Assembly: GCF_963921235.1 (NCBI RefSeq)
Contig: NC_086108.1
Coordinates: forward strand, 72,294,001-72,358,000
DNA from: Mobula hypostoma
Taxonomy: Eukaryota
Length of the DNA: 64,000 nucleotides
Direction: 5' to 3'
In this document: positions 62,555-64,000 of the stretch, in pieces
Layout: every line of letters starts with the position of its first letter
Numbering within the stretch: position 1 is the first letter of the stretch
Program-made: the position numbers and the translations under genes
Notes under the pieces: generated by a model
Seen by the model: only the letters and a program-made list of their open reading frames with translations
Databases searched by the model: none
What the model was told of the DNA's origin: nothing

Positions 62555-62894
62555 TGTGACGTTTTGTGCATGGGCGTGGTCGACAGCCTGCCCCTGCATT
62601 TCTAATGACCAGCACTGTTTACTGTTCTTGTGTTAAAATGCTTTTGTGAGATTACAGTGGGAAGTTCCAGTTAATTTATTGTTACATAGTGTTATATAGT
62701 TATTTGCTTGTGTATTTGTGGGTCACCCTGACTGTAACCGGGGTGTGTGATGGTCACCTCCCCCGTCTGTGTGAGACTGGTTGGGTTTACTCTCTGGGTC
62801 ATGGTGCCCAGTCTGTTTTGTGTCTATCACAATAAAACCATTGTTGAGTGAAAGAGCTTCCCCGTCTGTCATTATGGACCAAATGCTCGCCACA
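62555..62894 (+). mobile_element. Solo LTR
   Basis: tgtgac...gccaca termini, AATAAA near the 3' end, imperfect 4-bp flanks acat/atat. Confidence 0.65.
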
Positions 62895-62989
62895 ATATAC
62901 TGTTTAAAAGGGTAGGTCTGGTTCTTGAGTTGAGATTACAAATTGGAGAAAGACCAATTTTGATGGTATCAGAAAGGATCTGGAAAATG

Positions 62990-64000
62990 TGGACCGCTGC
63001 TGGTGACGTCCCAGCCGGTCGTTCTGGCTGGAGACTTCAACTGCACCATTGGTGCGGCTGGATGATCCAGCAGTGCCGACGGCAGGCTGGACGGTACCTC
63101 CAGACTCCTGATGGAAATGGTGAAGGCAGCCAAGCTGCGCGACGCCTTTGGCACCCCCACAGGTGGAGCACAGCCACAAGCCACCTGGACACGATCGGAC
63201 AGCTCAGCCCGCACCCAGATCGACTTCCTCTTCCTCTCAGTGTCCATCTCGGTCAGATCCAACCATGTCACGCTGGTGTTCTTCTCTGACCACTGCCTTC
63301 TGCAAGCCACCTGTCACTTACGGGAGGACCGGAAGACAGGCAAGGGGACGTGGAAGCTGAACGTAAAGCTGCTGACCCCAGAGAATATTAAGGAACTAGG
63401 GAAGGAATACACAGGTTGTAGAACCTTGAAAGCCTTCTTTGATTCCCCGGTTCACTGGAGGGAAGCCACCAAGGAGAACATCAAGATGTTATTAATTTGC
63501 AAGAGTATCCAGAAAGCAAAGCGGGAGCAGAGGGAACTGCGAAAACTCCAGACTGAGTTGCAGCAACTCCTCCTTTCAGGGAGGAATTACGAGAGGATAA
63601 GGGCTGGCAAGCCCAACACTTTGCCGCCGGATCCTCCAAGATCATCTTCCGATCAAGGGCCCAAACCGTGGAGCAGGACGAGACATGCTCTCACTACTTC
63701 TTCCAGAAGGTGCACAGGAGGAGCTCTGTGATCCACAGCCTTATGGAAGAGGACGGCTCAGTCGCGCCCTCGCAGACAGACATGTTGAGGATCTCCTTCT
63801 ATGCCAGTCTGTACGACAGCAAGGCCACAGACTCCACAGCCACCCGCAACTTCCAGTCGTCTATCACGCAGGTCTTAGAAGACGCCATGCGGGAGAGTCT
63901 GGATCAGCCACTGACCCTGGACAAGCTGACAGGCTCCGTCCGTTCCTTTGTGTCGAATAGGACTCCCAGAGGCGACGGCTTACTGGTTGAATTGCATTCG
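62990..64000 (+). mobile_element. Tx1-clade LINE ORF2 fragment (endonuclease end and linker), runs off the window end
   Basis: VLAGDFNC, TWTRSDSSARTQIDFLF, FSDHCLL, GKGTWKLNVKLL; GC-rich relative to flanks. Confidence 0.85.

Noticed and set aside
1..64000. Prokaryotic systems (CRISPR, retrons, DGRs, operons)
   Set aside because: No repeat-spacer arrays or operon structure; all RTs fit eukaryotic retroelement clades

Overview
Eukaryotic, repeat-dense genomic DNA; the repeat set (HE1/V-SINE-like SINEs, many CR1, Rex1/Babar, Penelope) suggests a cartilaginous fish, probably a ray (inference). Most of the window is decayed, nested transposons: L1 and Tx1 LINEs, CR1, Rex1/Babar, RTE, Penelope-like elements (PLE), two Gypsy LTR elements, a class III ERV fragment with a tRNA-Ser PBS, hAT/Charlie remnants, Tc1/mariner MITEs and solo LTRs. 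Among them I read the 3' ends of two convergent host genes that the ORF track does not assemble: a + strand gene (3 phase-compatible exons, 4615-16978) and a - strand gene (4 phase-compatible exons, 54515-49156, one GC-AG intron). I cannot name either gene. The most notable signal is a minimal type I hammerhead ribozyme motif (AGUC-CUGAnGA-A-GGG-loop-CCC-GAAA-CG-UC/GACU) at the 3' end of the Penelope copies. It also occurs in many short (about 130-250 bp) non-coding derivatives, several with their own target-site duplications and some in inverted pairs. PLE hammerheads are known in general; whether this family is described, or active, cannot be told from the sequence alone.
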